DNA of 63,875 nucleotides, filler included, from Conidiobolus incongruus B7586 (GCA_000697335.1; 27 parts of 27 records of this genome joined end to end with filler, not necessarily neighbours in it), one strand, 5' to 3'. Shown: positions 1-13,874, numbered from the whole stretch's first letter. Notes: generated from the letters alone by a model not told the origin. Numbers and translations are program-made.

Positions 1-1502
1 CTTATAAAAATAAGTTATAAAATTAAAAATATTAATATTTTTATTAATATCTTAATTAATTTTAAGTGAAATTAACTTATATTAAATTATATAATTAATA
101 TATATCTTTTATTTATAATATAATATATAAAGTTAAATTTAATTAATTATTAATTGATAAATTAAAACTAGAAGTATACTTAAGATGAGTTATAAATTTG
201 CAAGTTTTAATATTGATAGAAAAATTAATATCTAGTATATCTATCTTTTATTTTCCTAATTTTTTTAAGTTTATAAGGTATAGAGTTAACTAGCTTTTTA
301 TATTAGGTAAAACTAATATTATTCTAAGTTTCTTGAATATACTCTTAAAGTTAATTTAAATTTTTTATTAGGGGGAAAGCTTTAATTGATTTTTTTAATT
401 AATCCCAAAGATATTTAATTGTGTTAACATTAAGAGATTGAAGAGATTATTTTATAATAGTTAATTTGTTATTTTTAAACCATTTAATAATAGAATTTAT
501 AGTATAACAAGGTATATTATCTTGTTTGAAAATATTATTTGATTTTTTTAATCTATATCACTCAATAGTTTTTTTTCAATTTATTATTTATAATACTTTA
601 GTATATCTTAGCATTAATTCCCTTATTAGCCTTATAAAGATACCCTACACCTAAAAATAATATATATCCTTAAACTATAATTAACTTATTATTGTATTTT
701 TGGGTTATAATAATATAATGGTTATAAAGTATTTGTTTTATTTTTTTTAAATATTTAGCTTTTTTATTAGATTCATTAAAATATATTTTTGTTTTATTAA
801 ACTAAATAACCTTACTTTAGTTAGTTTTAATTTAACTTCAGTGTTAATATTTAAACTCTTGCTTAATTTTATAATAAAACTTTTTTAATTAAGGGTGTTT
901 TTTCTTAAAATATGAGTGGTATTTATTCTAATATAAAGTATATATAATAATATTAGTATTAATTAATATTCTTATATAATTTTGTAATTCTTATTATACT
1001 TCTAAAATAATATTATACTTACCTGTACTAATTAATCTATAAATATACTTTTCATTATATTTATCTATAATTTTAATATACTTAAGTTTTAGTTTAGGTG
1101 TTTCTTTAGCATTATTCTTAATAACCCTAGCTATAGTAAATTAGTTAATACTAGTAATTCTAGCAATCTTATAAATTGATTTATTTTTATTATAAAGTTA
1201 ATTAATATATAAGTGAATTTTTTTAAAGAGAGATTTAAGCATTATAATATTAATTTTAAAATATTAGCTTAATAGTTTTATAAAATATATAATAGAATAA
1301 AAGAAAAAGAAGATATATATAAGTTTTGTTATTTATACCCCCTTAACTTATAAATTTGTAAATTTATAACTCACCTTGGTTAAATTTTAGGTTTTAATAT
1401 ATTAACTAATAGCTAATGAAATATAATCAAATATAGTTAGTTATAATCAATTAATATAGGTAAATTATATATTTTAATTTAAATTTATTTAATTAAGAAT
1501 TA
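1..1502 (-). mobile_element. Tc1-like (DD34E) DNA transposon, family A, degenerate copy; transposase relic ~1242->225
   Basis: Aligns by eye with the other family A copies. Restoring C/G gives an N-terminal HTH (~KSTYEIARITGVSQSTVARVIK), FQQDNAPCH and WPPQSPDLNPIEHLW motifs, and a KGGYTRY* end. Positions ~146-210 and ~1345-1415 are inverted repeats of each other (long TIRs). Confidence 0.9.
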
Positions 1503-1602
1503 NNNNNNNNNNNNNNNNNNNNNNNNNNNNNNNNNNNNNNNNNNNNTTAATTAATTAANNNNNNNNNNNNNNNNNNNNNNNNNNNNNNNNNNNNNNNNNN
1601 NN
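1503..1602. other. Artificial contig-join spacer (N44-TTAATTAATTAA-N44); first of 26 identical spacers
   Basis: Identical 100-nt design with stops in all six frames. Starts at 1503, 4207, 5586, 6977, 8329, 9575, 11194, 13775, 15174, 16730, 18035, 19176, 20604, 21926, 23430, 24823, 26093, 27525, 28670, 29808, 32078, 39353, 46337, 53894, 60465 and 62612. Confidence 0.98.
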
Positions 1603-4002
1603 AAATTAGTAATTTAATTTTATAATATTTAAACCAAATAATCATTATCATAAAAATTTTATTTTAATATTTATTACCATAGAATCAAAAAAATTGGAAA
1701 TTTTTTAATTTCTGATTTTTCAAATATATTATTAGTTTGAAATAAAAAAATATATACAAAAAAATAGGAAAATAAATACTTTTAAATTATATATATATAT
1801 AATAGCTTTTATATTAAAAAAATAATTTTTTAAAATTAGTTGTTTAATTTAATCATGTTTAAACCAAATAATAACTATCAAAAGTTTTTTATTTTAATAT
1901 CAATAATATTTAACCATAAATCCTCTAAAATCATTTAAAATTTACAAGCAGCTTTTAGTAATAAAGTATTATCTAATTCAATAATTTATCACTAGGTAAA
2001 TTACTTTAAGGTTAGGAGAGAAACTGCCCAAAACCTGCTAAAATCTGGAAGACTAATTTCAACTCTCACTTTTCCAATTATTAATAAAATAAAAAAACAT
2101 ATTGAAAAGCACCCTTTTATTTCAGCTAGAGAATTATCAAGCCACTTTAATATTAGTCACAAAAGTATTTTGTATATATTAAAGTTTAAATTAAAATTAA
2201 TTAATAAAATTGCAAAACAGGTATATTATAATTTAACTTAAGCTTAAAAACAAGCTAGAGTAGCTATTGCTAAATAAAATTTACTAAGTTATAGCTAGAA
2301 ACCAAGGCTTTTACAATGAATTATTGCAATTAATGATTCTTAGTTTCCTTTGTATAATCTTTTACCAAAAAATAAATCAAAGTGTTGGATTAAGCCAAAT
2401 CAACTCCCTTTATAAATTCTTTTAAATAAGCACTTTATTGATAAAAAATGTTAATTATTAAAATAGATTATAATAGCATATTCTATTCTAGTTTAGTTGT
2501 TAAAGAAAAATCAATTAATAGTAAACTTTATATTTCATTTTTAAATAAAATTATTTCTATTTGGTATTCTTAATATAATTGCAAAATATATAAATCTAAA
2601 GTTGTTAAAAAATTTTCAATTAAAAATAACTGGAAAGAACTACCACATCCAATATATTCCCCAGATTATAACCCATGTGATTATAATTATTTTGGGTAAT
2701 TAAAAAACCAGCTTGCCAGAAAGAAAATTTCTGCAAGAAAATTTAATTAGTTTATCAAATATCAAATTTCAATCTTTAATAAAATGAACTATTTTTCAGG
2801 TATTAGATCTTTACCAAAAATATAACAAAAAGTTATTTAAAAATAAAGGAAACTGTTGATTTTATAATTTATATTTACTTTTTTTTTATATATTAAAATG
2901 TTTATTTTTTTCAATCACAAAAAATTCCCATTATTTAAATTACAAAGTAATATTATAACTAAACAAAAAACCTTTTAATTTTACTTAATATTCAAAAACT
3001 ATTTTTGATATTTTGGTGTTATTTGTTTAATAATTTATTATTTGATAAATTATATTAAAAATAAGAAAGTTATTATCCAAGATATATTAATATCTAGTGG
3101 ACTAATTTTAACTATTTTTTTTCAATTATTATTAAAATAATAAAATATATTAAAATATATTCTATTATTCAAATTAATTTATTATTATATAATCTTTTTA
3201 TTTATTATATAAATAAATATAAATATTTAAATTTTAATTAAATTAATTAATAAAATTCACAATAGGTATATGATTATTTTATCTTAAAAAACTAAAATAA
3301 TTATTGATAAACAAAACTTATTAAATATAATAAGAAGCCATATAACATAAAATAAATGATAATAATTGAAGAGTTTTAAATCAATTTTATAATCTCATAT
3401 TAAAATATAAATTAAGTTACTAAATTAATTTAAATCAACTTGCTTTATAAATTTCTTTAAATAAGAATTATTTTGATAAATATATATTAATTATTGCAAT
3501 GGATTATAATTTTCTTTGCTATATTTATTTTGTTCCAAAAGAAAAATCAAATAATAATAACCTTTATAATATATTTTTAAATCAAACTAACACTAATTGG
3601 TATTATCAATATAATATATCAATTACTATTATCTTTGCATAAGTATTGAAAAATATATATAACCCATGTATTAAAAAATATTCTAATCAAAAATAATTAG
3701 AAATGCTCACCATCTTCAATATATTCCTTATATTATGACCTATGTAATTATAATTGTTTTTATTAATCAAATGACTAGTTTATAGGAAAGAAAATTTGTC
3801 CAAAAAATTTTAAAAATTTTAAATTAAGTTTATAATAAAGAAAACAATTTTTTAGATATTAGAACATTATTCAATATATGGAAAAAAATTATAAAAAATG
3901 AAAGAAATTATTAATTTTATATTATTTATTTATTTTTACATATTAATTTTTAAAATAAATTTTTTAATTGAAAAATTTCCAATTATTTCATATATAAAGT
4001 AA
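1603..4002 (+). mobile_element. Older, more diverged mariner-family (B) copy, interrupted at 1672-2952 by a younger copy
   Basis: 1603-1671 matches the family B ORF start and 2953 onward resumes the same sequence. Decayed LPHP/YSPD/PCDY region at ~3690-3770; right TIR aaaaatttccaattatttcatatataaagtaa followed by TA at ~3971-4004. Confidence 0.7.
1674..2950 (+). mobile_element. mariner-like (DD34D) DNA transposon, family B, near full length (~1.28 kb), inactivated
   Basis: Imperfect ~30-bp TIRs (ttaccatagaatcaaaaaaattggaaattttt ... aaaaattcccattatttaaattacaaagtaa) flanked by TA. The relic ORF reads KSGRLIS, a WVPHEL-like segment, LQ*IIAINDS* and NWKELPHPIYSPDYNPCDYNYFG*LKN. Confidence 0.9.
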
Positions 4003-4306
4003 TATCAATGATATTGATTATAAAATATATAAGAAAATAATAAAATTAACCGAAATTCTTATAAAATCATTTAAATTCAATATAATAATTGTTAACATAT
4101 ATCAATTATAAAAAATTTTCTTATTAAATCTATATATAAACTTATTATTATATGATTTAAATAAATAATTTTTAATTTAATATTGAATAAAATTAAATAT
4201 ATTAAANNNNNNNNNNNNNNNNNNNNNNNNNNNNNNNNNNNNNNNNNNNNTTAATTAATTAANNNNNNNNNNNNNNNNNNNNNNNNNNNNNNNNNNNNNN
4301 NNNNNN

Positions 4307-5470
4307 GATTAAAAAATTAACTTTTTAAAATTGGTTGCTTGTTTTAATTATATTTAAACTAAATAATAATCATCAAAAATTTTTTATTTTAATATTAATA
4401 AAACTTAATTATAAGCTATATAAAATTATTTAAAATTTCCAAGCAGCTTTTAATAATAAAATATAATTTAAATTAACAATTTATTGCTGAATAAATTATT
4501 TTAAGGTTAAGATAGAAATTATCTAAAATCTATTAAAATCTAAAAAATTAATTTCAATTATTACTCTTTTAATTTTTAGTAAAGTGAAATAATATATTAA
4601 AACATAACTTTTTATTTCAGTTAAAAAATTATCAAAGTATTTTAATATTTGTTTTATAAGTACTATATATATTAAAGTTTAAACTTAAATTAATAAATAA
4701 AAATATAAAATAAATACCTTACAATATAATTAAAGTTTAGAAAAAAATTAGAGTAGTTATTATTAAACAAAACTTACTAAAATATTATTAGAAGCTTAAA
4801 CTTTTATAACAAATAATTACAATTGATAAATCTTTACTTTTTATGTATATTCTTTTATTAAAAAAAATTAATATGTTAGATTAAGTTAAATTAACCCCTT
4901 TTACAAATCACTTTCAATAAATATTTTATTAATAAGTGAATATTAATCATTGCAATAAATTATAGTATTATATACTATTTTTATTTAACTCTTCAAGCAA
5001 AATATATTAATAGTAAACTTTATATTGTTTTTTTAAATAAAAGTATTTTTAATTAATATTTTCAATATAATTTAAGAAAACTTATTATTTTAAATTATAT
5101 TTATAAAATATATAAATCTAAATTTATAAAAAACTTAATAATTAAAAATAACTGGAAAAAACAACTATATTTAGTATATTCTTTAGAATATAACTTATAT
5201 GATTATAATTGCTTTAGGCAATTAAAAAACTAGCTTACAAAAAAGAATATTTTTATAGGGAAATTTAATTAGTTTATAAAACATTAAATTTTAATATTTA
5301 ATAAAAAAAATTATGTTTTAAATGTTAAATCTTCAGCAAAAATATAACTAAAAGGTATTAATAAAAAAACTATTAAATTTATATTATATATTTATTTTTA
5401 TATATCATATATTAAAATATTTATTTATTTTTAATTACAAAAAATTCCTATTATTAAAAATATAGGGTAA
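4307..5470 (+). mobile_element. mariner-like family B copy, 5'-truncated by contig end, hypermutated
   Basis: Colinear with 1830-2950; right TIR aaaattcctattattaaaaatatagggtaa followed by TA. Confidence 0.88.
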
Positions 5471-5685
5471 TATTATAAAATTTAATCCTTATCTTTTATA
5501 AAGCTTGAATCTAATACTTCACCTAAAATTAATAATTATATTATAAGCAATATATTATTTTTATATAATATAATATATTTTATGGNNNNNNNNNNNNNNN
5601 NNNNNNNNNNNNNNNNNNNNNNNNNNNNNTTAATTAATTAANNNNNNNNNNNNNNNNNNNNNNNNNNNNNNNNNNNNNNNNNNNN

Positions 5686-6976
5686 TAATAATATATACAG
5701 AGTTAATTTTAATTTATTATTAATTAATATATTAAAATTAAAATTATATCTAAGATAAGTTATAAATTTGCAAGTTTTATTATTAATAGAAAAATTAATA
5801 TCTAATATACCTATCTTTTGCTTTTGTAACCTCTTTAAGTTTATCTGGTATAAAGTTAACTAATTTCTTATATTAAGCAAAACTAATATTATTTTAAGCT
5901 TCTTAAATATACTTCTAAAATTGATATAAATTTTTTATTAGGTGGAAAGTTTTAATTAATTTTTTTAATTAACTCTAAAGATATTGAATTAGGTTAAGAT
6001 TAAAAGATTAAGGAGGGTAATTCATAATAGTTATTCTGTTATTTTTAAGCCATTTAATAATAGAATTTATAATATAACAAAGGGTATTATCTTATTAGAA
6101 AATAATATTTGATATATTTAACTTATATTACTTAATAGTTTTTTTCAATTTATTATTTAAAATACTTTAATATATCTTAATATTAATTTCCCTATCAATC
6201 TTACAAAAATAGTTTATATTTAAAGATAATATATATCCTTAAATTATAATTAACTTATTATTATATTTTTAGGTTATATTAACATGATAGTTATAAAATA
6301 ATTTTTGATCTTTTTTGAAATATCTAATTTTATTATTGAATCTATTAAAACATATCTTTATTTCAATAGATTAAATAATCTTACTCTAATTAGTTTTGCT
6401 TTAACTTTAGTATTAATATTTAGACTCCTATTTAGCTTTATAATAAGACTTTTTTAGTCAAAAATATTTTTTCTTAAAATATAATTGATATCTATTTTAA
6501 TATAAAGAATATATAATAATATTAATATTAACTAATATTTCTATATAATTTTATAATTCTAATTGTACTTTGATAGTAATATTATACTTACTTATATTAA
6601 CTAATCTATAAATATACTCTTTATCATATTTATCTATAATTTTATTATATTTAAGTTCTAATTTAAGTGTTTTTTAATATTGTTCTTAATAACTTTAATT
6701 ATAATAGATTAGCTAATATTAGTAACTCTAATAATTTTATAAGTTAATTTATTTTTATTATGAAATTGATTAATATATAAGTAAATTTTTCTAGAAAGTG
6801 ATTTAACCATTATAATCTTAAGATATTAGCTTAAAAGTTTTATTATATATATAATATAATAAAAAAAAGAAGATATATAAGTATTATTATTTAAACCCTC
6901 TTAACTTATAAACCCATAAATTTATAACTTATTTTAGTTAAATTTTAGGTTTTGATATTTTAACCAATAGTTAATG
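5686..6976 (-). mobile_element. Tc1-like family A copy, degenerate
   Basis: Colinear with ~120-1420; the differences are mostly transitions. Confidence 0.9.
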
Positions 6977-7140
6977 NNNNNNNNNNNNNNNNNNNNNNNN
7001 NNNNNNNNNNNNNNNNNNNNTTAATTAATTAANNNNNNNNNNNNNNNNNNNNNNNNNNNNNNNNNNNNNNNNNNNNGTTATAAAATATTTTTTTTAATAT
7101 TTTAACCTTTGTTAAATAAACTAATATATATATATATATA

Positions 7141-8328
7141 TATACTAGTTTATAAAAATAAGTCATAAAATTATAATTATATATATTTTTATCAATAGCT
7201 TTATTAACTTTTAATTAAAATAACTTAAATTGAAATATATAATAAATTTATATTATTTATTAATAATTAAATATATTTAATCTAATATATTAAATTTTAG
7301 TTAATATATTAAAATTTAATTTTTACCTAAAGTCATAAATCTATATATTTTGATTATTGAAAGAGAGTTAAAACTTAGTATATTTACCTTTTGTTTTTCT
7401 AACTTCCTTAAGTTTATAGGGTATAGAGTTAATTAATTTCTTATATTAAAAAGGATTAATTTTATTTAAATTTCTTAAATATATTTTTAAAGCTTATTTA
7501 ATTTTTTAATAATAGGAAAACTTTAATTGCTTTTTTAACTAATCCAAAAGATATTTAAATAGATTAAGGTTAAGAAATTGAAAAGACTATTTCATAATTA
7601 TTATTTTATTATCTTTAAACCATTTGATAATAGAAATAATAATATAGCAAGGAGCATTATCTTGTTAGAAAATAACATTTGATTTATATAACTTATATCA
7701 TTCAATAGATTTTTTTAATTTATTATCTAAAATATTTTAATATATTTTAGTATTAATTCCCCTATTAACTTTATAAACATACTTTATACTAGAAGATAAT
7801 ATATATTTTAAAATTATAATTAACCTATTATTATATTTTTAGGTTGAAATAATATAATGGTTATAAAGTAATTCTTTGTCTTTTTTGAAATATCTAGCTT
7901 TTTTATTAGATTTACTAAGATATATTTTTGTTTTATTAAATTTAATAACCTTACTCTAATTAGTTTTAGTTTAACTTTAGTGGTAACATTTAAACTCCCA
8001 TCTAACCTTATAATAAGATTTCTTTAGCTAAGGGAGTTTTTTCTTAAAATATAAATAATATTAATTATAATGTAAAATATATATAATAATATTAGTATTA
8101 ACTGATATTCTTATGTAATCTTATAATTTTTTCTGTATTTCTATAGTAATATTATATTCACTTATATTAATTAACTTATAAATATATTTTTCATTATATT
8201 TATCTATAATCTTAATATACTTTAAGTTTAAATATTTCTTTAACAAAATTTTTAATAATTTTAACTATAATAAACTAATTAACACTAATAATTCCAATAA
8301 TATTATAAATTGATTTATCTTTTTTATA
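7141..8328 (-). mobile_element. Tc1-like family A copy with one terminus next to a (TA)n run
   Basis: Terminus tactagtttataaaaataagtcataaaa directly follows (TA)n; the body is colinear with the other copies. Confidence 0.88.
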
Positions 8329-9699
8329 NNNNNNNNNNNNNNNNNNNNNNNNNNNNNNNNNNNNNNNNNNNNTTAATTAATTAANNNNNNNNNNNNNNNN
8401 NNNNNNNNNNNNNNNNNNNNNNNNNNNNATAAATATTATTTGTATATAATTTAATTTATAATACAATCAAATGAATAAATTGTTAGTTTTTTTGCTTATT
8501 TTATTAAAATAAAGAAAAATATATATTTAATTTAAAAAAATTAATAATAACAATAACAATAATAATAATAATATAAATATAAATATTAAATTGATTTGAG
8601 ATTAAGTGTGGTTCGATAATATCATAAGAAAAATTTTTGATTATTTTATATTATTTAAATTCATAAATTTATTAATAAAATAATTGCAAAATTTTTTGTA
8701 ATAATAATTTATGAAAAAAAAAACTTTAAAAGATTTATACTATAAAAAAACTAAATTATCAGGTTATTATTTTCTTAATTTAATATAAAGTATAATTGAT
8801 TTCAATAATGGGATGATACATTATTCTTCAGTTTATTAAGAATATACTTGCTATTGAGTTTTTAAACCTCATATTATATATTGAGAATGATTTAAACCAT
8901 TTTACTATATTCATTCTATGACCAATAATATTTGATCAATTGGTAACAATAATAAAATATACAATAGATGGATGTATAGCATAATGAACTTATTTTTATT
9001 TCTCAAAATACTTACTAAACATATAATATACAAATCATTCTTAAATGATTGGTTGAAAATTAATTAATATTAAACTGTTTTTTTTGCAAACATATCTATA
9101 TGGCATGATATTTTGATTCCAGGTATATTAAAAAGTACCATTAATATATCTTTCAATAATTAAATATATTAATTTTTATAAAAAAAATCAAGATATAAAA
9201 TTTCAAAAATTATTAAAATTAATATTAATCAAGTTTTAAAATAATTAATTACTAAATATAATCGAATAATTATTTCCAATATAATCTTGTGTGTTGGATA
9301 AATATAAGGTAGGTTAATATATTAAATTTTAAATATTAATGAAATATGATATCATTATTATTTATTAAATATAAAAAATTTTTTTTAACTTTGAAAAATT
9401 TATCAATTAATTAAATATTTATTAATTTATTATAAGTCTAATAAATATTTATTTTAATTAATTTTAAATATATTAATATATAATTCACTATTTAATAATA
9501 TCATTATGTTTTTATTTATTCATATTAAATATTTTATATATTCTTGTATATCATCAATATTTTGAATCAAAAATNNNNNNNNNNNNNNNNNNNNNNNNNN
9601 NNNNNNNNNNNNNNNNNNTTAATTAATTAANNNNNNNNNNNNNNNNNNNNNNNNNNNNNNNNNNNNNNNNNNNNTAAAACTATAATATATAATTAAAAT

Positions 9700-11162
9700 A
9701 TATTATTTAATAATAAATAAATATATTTAGATATATTTAGTAATTTATTAGAAAAAATATTAACTTTTAATATTTAAATAAAATAAGTAATAATTTTGTA
9801 AGTTTTTGAGATAAAGTGATATATTTAATAATATATAACCATATGTTTTTTCTTTTTTTGTTATTATTTTGTATAATATTTTATAAGTATATTAAATTTT
9901 TTTTATTAATATTATTATGCTTAAATTCCTTTCTAAAAAAATATATTTATTTATTAATGAACTTTATAAAAAAGATAAATTAACTTATATTATTGCCAGA
10001 ATTACTAGTGTTAGTTAGTTTTCTATAGTTAAAATTATTAAGAATAATAATAAAGACATATTTAAACCTAAATTTAAGTATGTTAAAATGATAGATAAAT
10101 ATAATAAAAAGTCTATTTATAGGTTAGTTAATATAGGTAAATATAATACTACTATAGAATTATAACAGGAACTATAAAATTATACAAAAATATTAATTAA
10201 CACTATTACTATTATATATGTTTTATTTTAGTATAGATATCACTTATATTTTAAGAAAAAACACCCTTAATTAAAAAGATCTTTTTATAAAGATAAGTGG
10301 GAGTTTAAATGTTTTTTACTAATATTAAACTAAAATTAATTAAAATAAAGTTATTTAGTTTAATAAAACAAAAATATATCTTAGTAAATTTGATAAAAAA
10401 GCTAGATACTACAAACAAGATATAAAATTACTTTATAACTATTATGTTAATTTTTACCAAAAGTATAATAATAGGTTAATGATTATTTAGGAATATATAT
10501 TATCTTTAGATATAAGATATCTTTATAAAATTAATAAGGGAATTAATATTAAAATATATTAAAGTATTCTAAATAATAAATTAAAAAAAACTATTGAATA
10601 GTATAAATTAAAGAAATTTAATATTATTATCTAATAAGATAATACCTTTTATTATATTATAACTTTTATTAAAAAATAATTTAAAAATAACAAAATCATA
10701 GTTATAAAGTAGCTTCTTCAGTTTTTTAACTTTAACTTAATTAAATATTTTTAAAATTAATTAAAAGAAGCAATTAAAGCTTTCCCCCAACAAAAGATTT
10801 AAATCAACATTAAAAATATATTTAAGAAGTATAAAACAACATTAACCTTTTTTAATATAAAAATTAATTAATTCTATACCCTATAAACTTAAAGAAATTA
10901 AAAAAGCTAAAGATAGATATACTAGGTTTTAATTTTTTTTATCACCAAAAACCTATAAATTTATAACTTATCTTATATAAAATTTAAGGGTTTATATTTT
11001 AACCAATTAATAGCTAATTATTATCATTTAATGATATATATTATTAATAAATATAGTAGATTTTAATTATTTAATTTAGGTTTATTTGATTGAATATTAA
11101 TCAAGTTATTAGTAAAAATATAAGTTTTTTTGGTTTTATGACTTACTTTTGTAGGTTAGTAT
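9700..11162 (+). mobile_element. Tc1-like family A copy (subfamily variant) with right terminus
   Basis: Relic ORF from atgcttaaattcc (~9917). Ends ttttatgacttacttttgtaggttagta followed by TA, the reverse complement of the family terminus. Left boundary approximate. Confidence 0.85.
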
Positions 11163-11293
11163 ATAAGATATTTTTATTTTTTAACTTATTTTANNNNNNN
11201 NNNNNNNNNNNNNNNNNNNNNNNNNNNNNNNNNNNNNTTAATTAATTAANNNNNNNNNNNNNNNNNNNNNNNNNNNNNNNNNNNNNNNNNNNN

Positions 11294-12501
11294 TACAAAA
11301 CAAATAAGAAAATAAATAGTTTTAAATTATATATATATATATATATATAATAACTTTTTTTATTAATAAAATAATTTTTTAATATTAATTATTTAATTTG
11401 ATTATATTTAAACTAAATAGTAACTATCAAAAGTTTTTTATTTTAGTATTATTAAATTTAACTATAAACCCTCTAAAATCATTTAAAATTTACAAGCAGC
11501 TTTTAATAATAAAATATTATTTAAATCAACAATTTATTACTAAGTAAATTACTTTAAAACTAACAGAGAAATTACCTAAAACCTGCTAAAATTTAAAAAA
11601 CTAATTTTAACTTTTACTTTTTTAATTATTAATAAAGTAAAAAAACATATAGAAAAATATCTTTTTATTTCAGTTAGAAAATTATCAAGACATTTTAATA
11701 TTAGATATATAAGTATTTTATATATATTAAAGTTAAATTAAAATTAATTAATATAATTATAAAATAAGTATCTTATAATTTAACTAAAGCTTAAAAAAAA
11801 CTAGAGTAGCTATTGTTAAATAAAACTTACTTAGGTATAACTAGAAACTAAGGTTTTTATAACAAATTATTATAAATAATGAATTTTAAATTCTTTTGTA
11901 TAATTTTTTACTAAAACATAAATTAAAGTGTTGGATTAAGTTAAATCAACCCCTTTTATAAATTCCTTTAAATAAATATTTTATTAATAAGTAAATATTA
12001 ATTATTGTAATAAATTATAATGGTATATGCTATTCTTATTTAATTTTCAAACGAAAATTAATTAATAGTAAATTTTATATTTTTTTTAAATAAAACTATT
12101 TCTAATTAGTATTTTTAATATAATTTCAGAAAACCTATTATTTTGTATAATAATTACAAAATACATAAATTTAAAATAATAAAAAACTTTTTAATTAAAA
12201 ATAACTGGAAAAAACTACTATATCTACTATATTCTTTAGATTATAACCTATATAATTATAATTGTTTTAGGTAATTAAAAAACTAGCTTATAAAAAAAAT
12301 TTCTATAGAAAAATTTAATTAATTTGTAAAATATTAAATTTTAGTCTTTAATAAAAAGAATTATTTTTTAAGTATTAGATTTTTATTAAAAATATAACAA
12401 AAAGTTATTAAAGATAAAAGAAATTATTAATTTTATATTATATATTTATTTTTATTTTTTTTCAATTATAAAAAATTCTTATTATTTAAATTATAAAATA
12501 A
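11294..12501 (+). mobile_element. mariner-like family B copy, inserted into a Tc1 family A element
   Basis: Colinear with B copy 1674-2950. Retains the second-Asp region (IIL[H][D]N..KIH). Right TIR and TA at 12502-12503 run directly into Tc1 5' sequence. Confidence 0.88.
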
Positions 12502-13774
12502 TATTATAAAAACTATTGGGCTAATATTTTAAAATAAATATTATAATGTTTAAATCACTTTTTAAAAAAGTTTACTTATATATTAATCAACTTAAAAATG
12601 AAAATAAATCAACTTATGAGATTGTTAGAATTACTAATATTAGCTAATTTATTATAGCTAGGGTTATTAAAAATAATATTAAAAAACACTTAAACTAAAA
12701 CTTAAGTATATTAAAATTATAGATAAACATAATAAAAAGTATATTTATAGATTAGTTAATATAAGTAAATATAATACTATTATAAAAATACAATAAGAAT
12801 TATAAGATTATATAAGAATATTAATTAATACTAATACTATTATATATATTTTATATTAAAATAGATATCACTTATATTTTAAGAAAAACACCCCCAACTA
12901 AAAAAGTCTTATTATAAAGTTAGATAAGAGTTTAAATACCAATACTAAAGTTAAACTAAAATTAACTAAAGTAAAGTTATTTAGTTTAATAAAACAAATA
13001 TATATTTTAATAAATTTAATAGAAAGATTAGATGTTTTAAAAAAAATAAAAAATTACTTTATAACCATTATGTTATTACAACCTAAAAATACAATAATAG
13101 GTTAATTATAGTTTAAGAATATATATTATCTTTAGGTATAAGATATCTTTATAAAGTTAATAGGGGAATTAATATTAAAATGTACTAAAATATTTTAAAT
13201 AATAAATTGCAAAAAACTATTAAGTAATATAGGTTAAATAAATCAGATATTATTTTTTAACAAGATAATACCTTTTGTTATATAATAAATTCTATTATTA
13301 AATAGCTTAAAAATAACAAAATAACTATTATAAAATAGCCTCCATAATTTTTTAATTTTATCCTAATTGAATATCTTTGGGATTAACTAAAAAAATCAAT
13401 TAAAGTTTTCCCCTTAATAAAAAATTTAAATCAACTTTAAGAGTATATTTAAGAAGCTTAGAATAATATTAGTCTTGTTTAATATAAGAAGCTAATTGAC
13501 TTTATACCTTACAAACTTAAAGAAGTTAAAAAAAACAAAAGGTGGATATATTATATATTGATTTTTCTATCAATATTAAAACCCACAAATTTATAACTTA
13601 CCTTAAATATATTTTTAGTTTTAATATATCAATTGATAATTAATTAAATTTAACTTTATATATTATATTATAAATAAAAAATATAAATAAATTATATTGT
13701 TTAATATAAATTGATTTAAATTAGAATTAATTAAGATATTAATAGAAATATTTATATTTTAAATTTTATAACTT
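12502..13774 (+). mobile_element. Tc1-like family A copy; clearest DD34E relic
   Basis: caa gat aat acc ttt tgt tat ... tag cct cca taa ttt ttt aat ttt atc cta att gaa tat ctt tgg gat reads QDN(A)(P)C(H)...(W)PP(Q)(S)(P)(D)(L)(N)(P)IE(H)LWD, with 34 codons between D and E. Ends aaa ggt gga tat att ata tat tga. Confidence 0.92.
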
Positions 13775-13874
13775 NNNNNNNNNNNNNNNNNNNNNNNNNN
13801 NNNNNNNNNNNNNNNNNNTTAATTAATTAANNNNNNNNNNNNNNNNNNNNNNNNNNNNNNNNNNNNNNNNNNNN

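Noticed and set aside
1547..1558. Recurrent TTAATTAATTAA palindrome as a biological repeat or CRISPR-like array
   Set aside because: Always centred in exactly 44+44 Ns; it is a six-frame-stop assembly linker.
8429..9574. Possible gene or transposon relic in this contig (also 26193-27524, 34300-35030 and 37000-37700)
   Set aside because: Slightly raised complexity but no motif or homology to other window sequences that I could establish.
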